A DNA stretch of 64,000 bases from assembly GCF_009914755.1 (NCBI RefSeq), contig NC_060947.1. The stretch is one strand, 5' to 3'. Positions 40,392 through 54,423 of this stretch are shown here, in pieces. Made by a program: the position numbers and the translations under genes. The stretch comes from the human T2T-CHM13v2.0 reference genome, Homo sapiens. Under the pieces are notes generated by a model, which did no database searches, was not told where the DNA came from, and saw only the letters and a list, made by a program, of their open reading frames with translations. Every line of letters starts with the position of its first letter. Positions within the stretch are counted from its first letter, which is position 1.

Positions 40392-40615
40392 ATACCACGT
40401 GCAAAGCCCTGTTCAAAGCACTTCAAATATAAATTCACTATATCTTTGTATAACTTTATGAAGTAGGTACTATTATTATCTGCATTTTATGTATGAGGAA
40501 ACTAGTACACAACCAGGTTAAGTAGTTTACCCAAGGTCACATGACTAATAATAATGAAATAAAGGATTCGAACACTGACAGTGGCTCTAGAATCTAAAAT
40601 CTCAGCCACTGTGTT
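40392..40615 (-). mobile_element. MIR SINE
   Basis: tatgaagtaggtactattattatc...tgaggaaact...cccaaggtcaca. Confidence 0.85.
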
Positions 40616-41332
40616 AAGTTGTACATTTAAATGAGACGTATTGCCAGTGGACAAGGAAGTGCAGACCTATAAGGGCAAAGCAAGTGAGAAAGGGCTTGGA
40701 ACTGAAGACAGAAATTTTAATAAATCAGGAAAATTACCTTCTCAGTCCTATATTGCTAAAAAACTCATAACCCATAGTCATACTCCACCTGAGGCAGGGA
40801 TTAGAAGATTTTTGTGGGGGATAATCTCCCCACATCTCTAATTGAAGATGCCTACACTTTTTACCTCTATTGAAAAGGGAAGTATATAATTTCCAAAAAG
40901 ATAACTTTGAATACTTGGGTCTAAAATATACGATGTTATTCAGAAGGATTGGCACCTTAGATTTATAGTATGACTTGACTAGCATAAGTCAAAGCATAGT
41001 TCTGAAAATGGCATGGAAAAGGGTGGCAGGGATGGGGCTTTGAGAGTGAAGTACAGTGGGGATCAGCCAGTAAGCACATGAAAGGAAAATACAAAGGCTA
41101 TTTCCAGCGGAATTCTCAGAAACACTATAGGAAATTAATACAAGAGACTGGCATAATCTCACCTAATAAAACCAGGAGCAGGTGTGTGCTAGTCCTATAG
41201 TCAAAACAAGTTAATAAGATTAGTCTACAGTACATAGAGGGCTTGGAGATTGCATGGCTTAGGATAAGTAGGATTCGGTTTTCATTAAGGATATAGGAAA
41301 ATAAGGAACTTTCTGTTACAACTGCAGATCCC

Positions 41333-41920
41333 TCATTCAATAAGCATTTACCTTGAATGCCTACTATGTGCCAGGTTCTGTACTAAGTGTTAAGGATTCA
41401 GAAATGAAAGGGACAGACACAGTCTCTGCCTTCATGGTTTTACAGTCTATAAAGCAAACATTTTTAACATCACAAATAAATATATAAATTCTGATAAGTG
41501 CTTGAAGGAAAAGAGTGGAGTTTTATGAAAAATGCTAATTATGAAGGCTAATTTAGATAGAAACTTTGGAGTCAGCTCCCCTGAGTCAGCGAAACTTAAG
41601 CTGAAACCTGAAGGAAGAGTAGTAGTTGAACAGATTTGGAGGTGAGGTTGGAAGTGAACATCCAGGCACAGAGTGGAGATAGGAGAGAGTTTGGTAACAT
41701 TCTAGGAATTGAGAAAGCTTATGTGGTTACAGGGTAGTAAGCAATGGGTAGAGAGGCTCAGGATTAAGAATGAACAGGTGGGGAGGGACCATATCATATA
41801 AGTCATTGTAGACCGTGAAAAGAGTCTAGATTTTATTCTAAGTACAATGGGAAGTCACCATTGAGGATTTTAACTGGGGGAAAGAGGAAGTGATACCAAC
41901 CAATGTGTAGTTTAGACATC
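41333..41920 (-). mobile_element. L2 3' end (further L2-like sequence to ~42520)
   Basis: ttgaatgcctactatgtgccagg; cttaagctgaaacctgaagga. Confidence 0.82.
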
Positions 41921-43029
41921 ACAAAACTATATACAATCAAGTCCTGAATTAAGAAGCACAGATTATTTCCTGATAGAATCAGTGTGAGCTGCAGGAAAGG
42001 CATTAATCATGGTGATGGTGGCCGGTGGGTGGGAAGTGATCTTCAACTGAGCCTTGATGGGCTGTATGAGGCAAAGCCATGCTGAACCAGAATGATGCCA
42101 GTGTAGCTAAATAGAAGAAGGAAATCTGCAAGAAATGAAACAGGGCTTGGAGACCCTTTGGACACTGGGTAAGAATACAGAACAGTTATTAAAAGTTCCA
42201 TGATTTGGAGCCATTGGACGTGGAAAAAATGGTATGACTATTCAGATAAATGAGATAAGAGAGATGAGGAAGTGGATTGCTAAAGAAAATTATCATTTCC
42301 ATTTTTTAAATGTCGATCATAAATGTCTGAGGACCAAAAGTGTAGATGCCATGCTGGTGATATAAAAGATTAGGCTGGAAATTTATTTAAGAATAAATGG
42401 AAGTGAAATGAAAGCTGAAATTGAGCGAAAGGAGCAGGGTACATCAGGATGGAAGGAGAAAATGAAGTCCTGGAAGGAGACACCAAGAGAACACTCAGTG
42501 GAGTTGGTAAAGAACTCAGATAGATCATCATTGCAAATAGTCAAACACAGCCAAATCAAGATGATGCAAGTGAAGACTAAGGAAGGAACACTAAATTTAC
42601 CTACCTTACAGAAATGTCTATAGGGTGATGAGTACAAGGCATTAAAGAAAAAAACAATACTGCACTTAGAATGACAACATTGGATCAGATTCACCCTTTA
42701 TTCAGACTGAGGAGTCACTAAGAACTGTGTAATGTCATGTTGATCATTCTTATGTCAACTTCCTATATCAGGGAAGAAAATTTTATGTTTTACTTTTGCC
42801 AATTCTTGAATAATTAATTACTTCAAAAAACTCTACTTCCTGCTTTGTAAAGTGAGTGAGACTTACTTTAGTTAGCAAGAACGTCTTTATTTTAAACCTC
42901 AGGGGTACCCTTCTGCCCAACATTGTGGAATTCAGTAAACAAGTTTTGTCAAGAAAGAACCCCAACCTCATAGAAGATGTCAAGAAGTAACAAGACTACA
43001 AAGGAGATTACTAAAGCAGCAGGTTGTCT

Positions 43030-43460
43030 TTGTCTTGTCACAGGTGCCAAATGTAGACAATGAGACTCAATGGATCACAGCAAGAAGGTTGATTACTCAC
43101 AGCACAGGAAAACCAGCAGCATCAACATGTAGCACTAGCACCTTTAAATCCAAGTCCCATGGGACCATGCAATGGGCCCAGATGGTAGCTATGTGCATAG
43201 CCAGTTGTGCCCTAGGCTGAGGGACCAAGAGTTAAAGGCTATGCGCCCTGGTAGCAAGAAATAAACAAACCAGTCCCCCAAACCTACAGAGTGAGTAGTT
43301 CCGTAGTAGTCACTCTGACATTGCCTCGACCCACTCAGTTGCCTACATGAGTAGCTACAGAAACTGCTTAGCGTGAGAGGACAATAAGGCATTGCAGAAT
43401 GTCAGTCTCAGCAAGGGTGCATAGGAATGCTCAGAGCCCATGGCAGACTGCCTCTTCCAA
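43030..43460 (-). mobile_element. ERVL-class solo LTR (MER54/MER73/MER74-like)
   Basis: atgctcagagcccatggcagactgcctcttcc end resembles this LTR group. Confidence 0.6.
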
Positions 43461-43531
43461 AAAATTGGAATTCACCTTATCTGTTAAGCATTCATAAATC
43501 AGATACATTTTGGTTATCAAAAGTCTCTTTT

Positions 43532-43866
<335 letters not shown>

Positions 43867-44088
43867 TTATTCTTTCCAGAATTAAAAATTCTAATCTTAT
43901 AAGTCTGTCCTCCTGTTGCTATTAGCACTCCCCTTCCCCTCAGTACCCCAAACACCCAAACATCTTAGTCATTTTAGTTCCTTCCTCTGGAATTTTTTCC
44001 ATTTTTCTCAATCATCTCTTTCTTTCATATGGAATAATCGCTGAATTTGTTCCCAGAATTTCATGTCTAGACAAACCGTAGTTTGGAG

Positions 44089-44317
44089 CAGGAGTCAGCA
44101 AAATTTTCTCTAAAGGTCCTGATAGTAAATATTTTAGGCTTTGCAGGTCATATGGTTTCTGCCACAACTGTTCAACTCTACCATTGTAGTGTAAAAGCAG
44201 CCATAGACAAGAATACTTAAATAAATGAGTGTGGCTGTGTTCCAATAAAATTTTATTAATATTTATAAAAACAGACTGTGGGCTAGTTAGCACACAGGCC
44301 ACAGTTTGCTGACCCTG
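44089..44317 (+). mobile_element. MER58A hAT MITE
   Basis: TIRs caggagtcagcaaa / tttgctgaccctg; gtggctgtgttccaataaaa. Confidence 0.92.
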
Positions 44318-44413
44318 GCTTAGAAAATAGTAAGATGTTTTGTGTTTGTTACAAGAACAAAGTTGCTGACTAATATGTTTCATAAACATAGATGCAAATA
44401 TTCTTCAAAATAT

Positions 44414-45360
44414 GAGACTTTAACACCCCACTGTCAATTCTATCCATCTAACAAAGGGCTAATATCAAAAATCTACAAAGAATTTAAACAAATTTACAAG
44501 AACAAAAATAACAACCCCATCAAAAAGTGGGCAAAGGATACGAACAGACACTTCTCAAAAGAAGACATCTATGTAGCCAACAAACATATGAAAAAAAGCT
44601 CATCATCACTGGTCATTAGAGAAATGCAAATCAAAACCACAATGAGGTACCATCTCACGCCAGTTAGAATGGCAATCATTAAAAAGTCAGGAAACAACAG
44701 ATGCTGGAGGGGATTTGGAGAAATAGGAACACTTTTACACTGTTGGTGGGAGTGTCAATTAGTTCAACTATTGTGGAAGACAGTGTGGTGATTCCTCAAG
44801 GATCTAGAACCAGAAATACCATTTGACCCAGCAATCCCGTTACTGAGTGTATATACCCAAAGGATTATAAATCATTCTACTATAAAGACACATGCTCACG
44901 TATGTTTATTGCAGCACTGTTCACAATAGCAAAGACTTGGAACCAACCCAAATGCCTATCAATGATAGACTGGATAAAGAAAATGTGGCACATATACACC
45001 ATGGAATACTATGCAGCCATAAAAAAGGATGAGTGCATGTTCTTTGCAGGGACGTGGATGAAGCTGGAAACCATCATTCTCAGCAAACTAACACAAGAAC
45101 AGAAAACCAAACACCACATATTCTCACTCATAAGTGGGAGTTGAACAATGAGAATACATGGACATAGGGAGGGGAACATCACATACCGGGGCCTGTCGGG
45201 GGGTCGGGGGCTAGGGGAGGATAGCATTAGGAGAAATGCCTAATGTAGATGACGGGTTGATGGGTGCAGCAAACCACCACGGCACATATATATCCATGTA
45301 ACAAACCTGCACATTCTGCACATGTACCCCAGAACTTAAAATATAAATAATAATAATAAT
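44414..45360 (+). mobile_element. L1PA7/8-type 3' end with a short endonuclease-domain tag at its 5' junction
   Basis: ORFs 44342-44791 and 44902-45144 contain ORF2p C-terminal sequence; 3'UTR gtagatgacgggttgatgggtgcagcaaaccacc; (TAA)n tail; TSD aatatgag. Confidence 0.95.
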
Positions 45361-46334
45361 AATATGAGCAACTGAATCTAGCAACATATAGAAAAGGTTA
45401 TATACCATGACCAAGTAGGTTATCCCAGGAATGCAAGGTTGATTTAACATTCAAATTAATGAATATTATTCACCATATTTACAGAATAAAGAAGAAAAAC
45501 ATAGAATCATCTCAAAAGATAGAGAAAAAGCATTTGACAAAATTCAATATCCATTCATGATAAAAATTCCCAGCAAACTAGAATAGAACATACTAAAACT
45601 AATAAAAGTCATTTATGTAAAATCTATAGCAAATATGCTTACTAATAAAAAGACTGAATATTTTTCCTTTAAGATCAGGAACATGGCAATCGCTTGTCCC
45701 TGATCCCACCATTTTTATTCAACACTGCAGTGGACATTCTAGTCATTGCAAAGCAAGCAATGGAGTGCATATAAACTGAAAATGAGAAGGTAAAACTGGC
45801 TTTATTAACACATGACATGGATGTGTATGTTTTAGAACATTCTGAAACATTTACAAAGTGGTAATAGAAATAATAAGTGAATTTAGAAAGATAACAGATT
45901 AGAAAGGCAATATAAAAACAATTTATTTTTGAAATGAAAATTTGGAAATTGGATTTTTAAAATAATCCAATTTCAACATTATCCAAAAACATGGCATACT
46001 TAGGAATAAGTTTAACAAAATATGAGCAAGACCAGCACACAGGAAACCGTAAAACATTGCCAATAGAAATGGAAGAAAACCCATATAAATTGAGAGATAT
46101 ATCATGCCTATGCCTCTAAATTGATAAAAATTGATCAGTTTAGAGTTCTCCCAAAGTCGATTTATAGATTCAATACGATCCTAATAAAAACTCCAGTAGA
46201 CTTTTTTGTAGAAACTGACAAGCTGAATCTGCAATACATAGGGAAATAAAAAGACATAGACATTTCAAAATAATTTAAAAATTTAAGCAAACAAACAAAA
46301 GAGGACTTAAACTATCTGATTTCAAGACTTACTA

Positions 46335-46536
<202 letters not shown>

Positions 46537-48465
46537 GAGCGGGCATTTGGATGAATGGAATAGAAGAGAGAGTCAAAAAATAAATCCATACATACTACCT
46601 GCTCGATTTTCAAAAAAACTGCCTTGGAAATTCAACTGGGGAAAGGATAGTGTTTTCAACAAATGATGCTGGAACTACCAGATATCCATATGCAGAAATA
46701 CTCAGCATCAACCTTTATCTCATACCATATCCAAAAATTAGCTTAAAATGCATCACATAATTAAATATAAAAAGTAAAACCACAAAACTTCTAGAAGAAA
46801 ACATAGGAAAAAACTGGATTATTGAATTAAGCAAATATTTCTTATAAAGCACAAAAAATGTATAAACTGTAAAAGAAAAAGTTGATAAAATAAACTTGAT
46901 AATAATTAAAAACTTATTCTCTTTGAAAGACACAGTTAAGAAAATAGAAAGGCAAACCATACACTGGAAGAAAATATGAGAAATATATATATCTGCCATA
47001 GGACTTGTATCAAGAATATATAAAGAATTCTTAAAGCTTAGTAATAAGATAAACACCCTCCCCACAAACAAATGGCTAAAAAGCATGAACTAAAAGTCAA
47101 AATGGAGATACAGCAATAGCCATTAAGCAAATGAAAGACTGCTCAACATTATAGAAAGGCAAGTTAAAACCACACTGAGATACTACTACACAACCTCTAG
47201 AATGGCTAAAATTAAAAGACTGACCATATCAAGTACTGGTGAGGTTGTGAAACAAATTGACTTTCACACATTGTTTTTGGGAATGTAAAATGTTGCAACC
47301 ACTTTGAAAAGTTCTTCAGCAATCTCTTTTTATTTATTTATTTATATTTTTGTGAGTACATAGTAGGTGTACTCTCATGCATTTCTCGGTTACATGAGAT
47401 ATACTGATACAGGCATGCAAAGCCTAATAATCACATCAAGGTCAACGGGGTATTTATTACCTCAAGCATTTATCCTTTGTGTTGCAAAAAATCCAATTAT
47501 ATTTTTATTTATTTTAAAATATACAATTAAATTACTATTGACTATAGTCACCACGTTGTGCTATCAAATATTATGTCTTCTTCATTCTTTCTATTTTTTT
47601 GTATTCATTAACCATCCCCACTTCCCCACCCCCAACACTCACTAACCTTCCCAGCCTCTGGTAACCATCCTTCTACTCTCTATTTCCATGAATTCAATAG
47701 TTTTAATTTTTAGCTCCCACAAATAAGCAAGAACATGCCGAGTTGTCTTTCTGTGTCTGACTTATTTCACTTAACATAATGACCACCAGTTTCATCCATG
47801 TTGTTGCAACTGACAGGATCTCATTTTTTCAGTGGCTGAATAGTAAGTACTCCATTGCATGTAGGCACCACATTCTTTTTCCATTCATCTGTTGATGGAC
47901 ACTTAGGTTGCTTCCAAATCTTGGCTGCTGTGATGAGTGCTGCAATGAGCATGGGAGTGCAGATATCTCTTTGATATACTGATTTCCTTTCTTTCGGGTA
48001 TATACCTAGGAGTGGGATTGCCAGATCCCATGGAAACTCTATTTTTAGTTTTTTAAGGTTCCTCCAAACTGTTCTCCATAGTAATTGTATTAATTAACTT
48101 TTTTACAGTATATGAGGGTTCCCTTTTCTCCACAGTCTTGCCAGCATTTGTCGTTGCCTGTCTTTCAGATAAAAGCCATTTTAACTTGAATGAGATGATA
48201 TCTCACTGTAGGTTTGATTTGCATTGATCTGATGATCAATGATGTTCAGCACCTTTTCATATCCCATTTGCCTTTTGTATGTTTTCTTTTGAGAAATGTC
48301 TATTCAAATTTTTTGCCCATTTTTTAATCATATTAGATTTTTTCCTACAGAGTTGTTTGAGTTTCTTATATATTCTGGTCACATGGTTAATCCCTTGTCA
48401 CATGGTTAGTTTGCAAATATTTTCTCCCATTCTGTGGGTTGTCTCTTCACTTTGTTGTTTCTTTT

Positions 48466-48816
48466 TGTGCTAGTCCATTTTCACACTGCTGATAAAGAAA
48501 TATCTGAGACTGGATACTTTATACAGGAAAAGTGGTTTAATGGACTTACAGTTCCACTTGGCTGGGGAAGCCTTACAATCATGGCAGAAGGCAAGGAGGA
48601 GCAAGTCACGTCTTACATGGATGGCAGCAGGCAAAAAGCTTGTGCAGTGAAACTCCACCTTATAAAGCCATCAGATCTCATGAGACTTATTCACTATCTT
48701 GAGAACAACATGGGAAAGACCTGCCCCCATGATTCAGTTACCTCCCACCAGGTCCCTCCCACAACACGTGGGAATTCAAGATGAGATTTGGGTGGGGACA
48801 CAGCCAAACCATATCA
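48466..48816 (-). mobile_element. THE1B-type MaLR solo LTR
   Basis: atggcagaaggcaaggaggagcaagtcacgtcttacatggatggcagcaggcaaa; ends gacacagccaaaccatatca. Confidence 0.95.
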
Positions 48817-51800
48817 TTTTGCTGTGCAGAAGCTTTTTAACTTGATGTGATACCATTCGTCCATTTTTGTTTTGGTTGCCTGTGCTTCTGGGATATTACT
48901 CAAGAAATCTTTGCCCAAACCAATGTCCTGGAGAGTTTCCCCAATGTTCCCTTGTAGTAGTTTCATAGTTCGAGGTCTTAGATTTAAATCTTCAGTCCAT
49001 TTTGCTTTGAGTTTTGTATATGGTGAGAAATAGGCATCTAGTTTCATTCTTTTGCTTATGGATATTCAGTTTTTCCAGCACATTGAAGAAACCATCCTTT
49101 CCCCAATGTATGTTTTTAGCAACTTTGTAAAAAATAAGTTCATGGTAGATGCATGGATTTATCTCTGGATTCTCTATTCTGTTCTGCTGATCTTTGTGTC
49201 TGTTTTTATGCCAGCACCATGTTGTTTTGGTTACTATAGCTCTGTAGTATAATTTAGAGTCCGGTAATGTGATTCGTACAGTTTTGTTCTTTTTGCTTAG
49301 TATAGCTTTGGGTATTCTGAGTCTTTTGTGGTTCCCTATAAATTTTAGGATTGTTTTTTCTATTTCTGTGAAGAATGTCATTGGTAGTTTGATAGGAATT
49401 GCTTTAAATCTGTAGATTGCTCTGGGTAGTATAGACATTTTAACAATATTGATTCTTCCAATCCATGAATGTGGAATATATTTTCATTTTTTGTGTGTTT
49501 TCTTCAATTTCTTGCATCAGTGTTTATAGTTTTCCTTGTAGAGATCTTCCACCTATTTGGTTAATTCTTAGGTATTGTATTTTACTTTTAGATATTGTAA
49601 ATGGGATTACTTGATTTATTTTTCCACTATTTGGAAATAGTGGAAAATTTTCACCTATTTGGTTAATTCTTAGGTATTCTATTTTATTTTTAGATATTGT
49701 AAATGGGATTACTTGATTTATTTTTCAGATTGTTCACTGTTGGCATATAGAAAATGCCACTGATTTTTGTATGCTGATTTTATATCCTGCAAGTTCACTG
49801 AATTTGTTTATCGGTTCCAACAGTTTTTTGGTGGAGTCTTTAGGTTTTTCCAAATATAAGATTATATCATCTGCAAACAAGGATAATTTGACCTCTTCAT
49901 TTCCAATTTGGATGCCCTTTATGTCTTTCTCTTGTCAGATTGCTCTAGCTAGGACTTCTAGTACTATGTTGAATAACGGTGGTGACAGTGGGTATCCTTG
50001 TTTTGTTCCTGATTTTAAGAGAAAGGCTTTTAGTTTATCCCCATTCAGTATGATACTAGTTATGTGTCTGTCGTTTACAGCTTTTATTTTGTTGAGTATG
50101 TTCTTTCTATATGCGTTTTTTTCTGAGGAGTTTTACCATGAGGGATGTTGAATTTTGTAGAATGCTTTTTCAACATCAATTGAAATAATCATATGGTTTT
50201 TGTCTTTTGTTTTTTTGATATGATATATCACATTAATTGATTTATGTATGTAGAGCCACCCTTGCATCACTGGGATAAATCCCACTTGGTCATGATGAAT
50301 GATCTTTTTAATGTGTTCCTGAATTTGTTTTGTTAGTATTTTCTTGATGTTTTTTGCATCAATATTCATTGGTGATAGCAGTCTGTACTTTTCTTTTTTT
50401 GATGTGTCTTTGTCTGGTTTAAGTAACAGTAATACTGGCCTTGTAGAATGAGTTGGGAAGTATTTCCTCTTTCTCTATTTTTCAGAATAGTTTGAGAAGG
50501 ATTGGTATTAGTTCTCCTTTAAATATTTGGTAGAGTTCAGTAGTCAAGCCATGGGATCCCAGGTTTTTCTTTGCTGGGAGACTTTTTATTGTGGCTTTAT
50601 TTTCATTACTATTATTAGTCTGTTCAGGTTTTGGATTTTTCGTGGTTCAATCTTGGTAGGTTGTATGTGTCTAGGAATTTATCCATTTCCTCTAGATTTT
50701 ACAATTTGTTGGCATATATTTGCTCATAGTAGCCAATAATGATCCTTTGAATTTCTGAAGTATCAGCTGTAATGTCTCCTTTGTCATCTCTGATTTTATT
50801 TATTTGGGTATTCTCTCTTTTATTCTTAGTCTGGCTAGAGGTTTGTCAATTGTATGTATCTTTTCAAAGAAACAAGCTTTTGTTTCATTGATCTTTTGTA
50901 TTGTTTTCCTCAAGTTCATTTATTTCTACTCTGATTTTTATTGTTTGTTTGCTTCTACCAATTTTGGGTTTGGTTTGCTCTTGCTTTTCCACTTCTTTAA
51001 GATGCATCATTAGGTGGTTTATTTGAAGTTTGTCTTCTTGTTTGCTGTGGGCAGTTATAGCTATAAACTTCCCTCTTAGTACTGCTTTTGCTATATTCCA
51101 TAAGTTTTGTTATGTTGTGTTTCCATTATCATTTGTTTCAGGAAATTTTTCAATTCCCTTAATTTCTTCATTGACCCACTGGTCATTCAGCAGCACATTG
51201 TTTAATTTCCTTGTATTTGTATAGTTTCCAACATTCTTCTGGTTATTGATTTCTAGTTTTCTTTCATTGTGTTCAGAGAAGACACAATATTATTTTAAGT
51301 ATTATTTTAACTTTTTTAATGTTTTAAGACTTGTTTTGCGACCTAACATATGGTCTATCCTTGTGAATGATCCATGTGCTGAGGAAAAGAATGTATATTC
51401 TGCAGCCGGTGGATGAAACATTCTGTAAATATGTATTAGGTTCATTTGTTTTACAATACAAATTAAATCCAATGTTACTTTGTTGATTTTCTATCTGGAA
51501 GATCTGTCCAATGCTAAAAGTGGGGTGTTGAAGTCTCCAGCTATTATTGTCTTGGAGTTCATCTCTCTTTATCTCTGATATTTGCTGTATATATCTGGGT
51601 GCTCCAGTTTTGGGTGTCTATATAGACAAAGAAGTGACCTTCTTTGTCTCTTCTTATAGTTTTTGTCTTGAAATCTATTTTGTCTGATATAATTGTAGCT
51701 ATTCCTTCCTGCTCTTTCTTGGTTTCTACTGGCATGGAATATCTTCTTCCATCCCTTTATTTTCAGTCTATGTGTATCAGGAAAAGTGAAACACCTATAA

Positions 51801-54102
51801 AGACAGGTAACACCTATAGGCAACAGGTCATTGGGTCTCTCTTTTTTATCCATTCAGTCACTCTGCTTCTTTTGATTGAAGAGTTTATTTAATTTACATT
51901 CAATATCATTATTGACAAGTAAGGACTTACTCCTGCCATTTTGTTATTTGTTTTCTGTTGTTTTTTTTTTCCTTCCGTTCCTTCTTTCCTGTCTTCCTTT
52001 TAGTGAAGGTGATTTTCTCTGGTGGTATGATTTAATTTCTTGCTTTTTACTTTTTGTGTATCTGTTGTACGTTTTTTGATTTGAGGTTACTATGAGGCTT
52101 GCAAATATCTTATAATCCATTATTTTAAGCTGATAGCAACACTGTTTGAATAAACAAACAATCAAGCTAAAAGAAAACTAATGAAAAGTCTACACCTTAA
52201 CTTCATCCCCTCATTTTAAATTTTTTTTGTTTCTATTTATATCTTACCGTACTGTCTATGTTCTGAAAATTTGCTGTAGTTACTGTTTTTGATGGGTTCA
52301 TTGTTTCATCTTTCTACTTAGGATAAGAGTAGTTTACACACCACACTTACAGTGTTATCATATTCTGTGTTTCCCTGTGTACTTACTATTACTAGTGAGT
52401 TTTGTACCTTCAGATGTTTTCTTATTGCTCATTAATGTCCTTTTCTTTCTGATTGAATACTCCCTTTAGCATTTCTTGTAGGACAGGACTGGTATTAATG
52501 AAATCCCTCAGCGCTTGTTTATCTGGGAAAGTCTTTTTTTCTCCCTTATGTTTGAAGGATATTTTCACTGGAAATACTATTTTAGAGTATTTTTTTTCCT
52601 TCAACACTTTAATATGTCATGCCATTCTCTCCTTGCCTGTAAGATTTCCACTGAAAAGTCTGCTGCCACATGTATTGGAGCTCCATTGTATGTTATTTGC
52701 TTATTTTCTCTTGCTTCTTTTAGGATTCTTTCTGTATCCTTTACCTTTGGGAGTTTGATTATTAAATGCCTTCAGTTAGTCTTTTTTGGGTTTAGTCTGC
52801 TTGCTCTTCTATAACCCTTTTGTACTTTGATATTGATTTTTTTCTAGGTTTTGGAAGTTCTTTGTTATTATCCCTTTGAATAAACTTTCTACCCCTATCT
52901 CGTTATCTACCTCCTCTTTAAGGCCAGTGATTTGCCCTTTTGAAGCTATTTTCTAGATCCTGTAGGTGTGCTCCATTGTTTTTCATTCTTTTTTCTTTTG
53001 TCTCCTCTGACTGCATTTTCAAATAGCCTGTCTTCAAGCTCACTAATACTTTCTTCTGCTTGATCACTTCTGTTATTAAAAGACTCTGATGCATTCTTCA
53101 GTATGTCAATTGCATTTTTCAGGTCCAGAATTTCTGCTTGATTTTTAAAAATTATTTCGATCTCTTTGTTAAATTCATTTGATAGTATTCTGAATTCCTT
53201 CTCTGTATTATCTTGAATTTATTTGAGTTTCCTCATAACAGCTATTTCAAATTCCCTGTCTGAAAGGTCACATATCCCTGTTTCTCCGGGATTGGTATCT
53301 GGTGCTTTATTTAGTTTATTTGGTGAGGTCATGTTTTCCTGGGTGGCCTTGTGGATGTTAGTCTATTTCTGGGCATTGATGAGTTAGGCATTTATTATAG
53401 TTTTTGCAGCTTGAGCTTGTTTGTTCCTGTTCTTCTTGGGAAGGTTTTCCAGGTATTCTAAAGGACTTGTGTGTTGTGATCCAAGCTGTATCTATTGGGG
53501 GCACCCCAAGTGTAGTAATGCTATAGTTCTTGCAGAGTCATAGAATTATCACCTTGATGGTCTTGGATAAGATCCAAAATTTTCTAGATTACCTGGCAGA
53601 GACTTTTGTTTTCTTCCCTTTTCTCTCTCTGTTCTGAGCCACCTGGAGCTGGGGGCAAGGTGACACAAGCACCCCTGTGGCCACCAGCACTGGGACTATG
53701 CTGGGTCAGACCTGAAGCCAGCACAGCACTGGGTCTCACCCAAGGCCCACGTTAACCAATCCCTGATTACTGCCTATGTTCACTCAAGGCTCTACAAGCA
53801 GCATGTGGTGAAGCCAGCCAGGCTTGTGTTCTTCCCTTCGGGGTAGCAAGTTCCCCCATGCCCCAGGTGGGTCCAGAGGTGCCGTCCAGAATCCAGGAAC
53901 TAGAGTCAAACCTTAGAAGTCTACCTGGTGTTCTATTGTACTGCAGCTGACCTGGCACTGAAACCACAAGATGCAGTCTTTCCTCCTCTTCCCTCTCCTT
54001 TCCACAGACAGAAGAGCCTTATCCCATGGCCACCATCACCACAGGCCCATGGGGAGTGCTGCCAGGCTACCACCAATGTTCCCTTAAAGCTCAAGGGCTC
54101 TA

Positions 54103-54423
<321 letters not shown>

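Noticed and set aside
45186-45220. G-quadruplex motif
   Set aside because: The well-known G-rich tract of the L1PA 3'UTR; not locus-specific.
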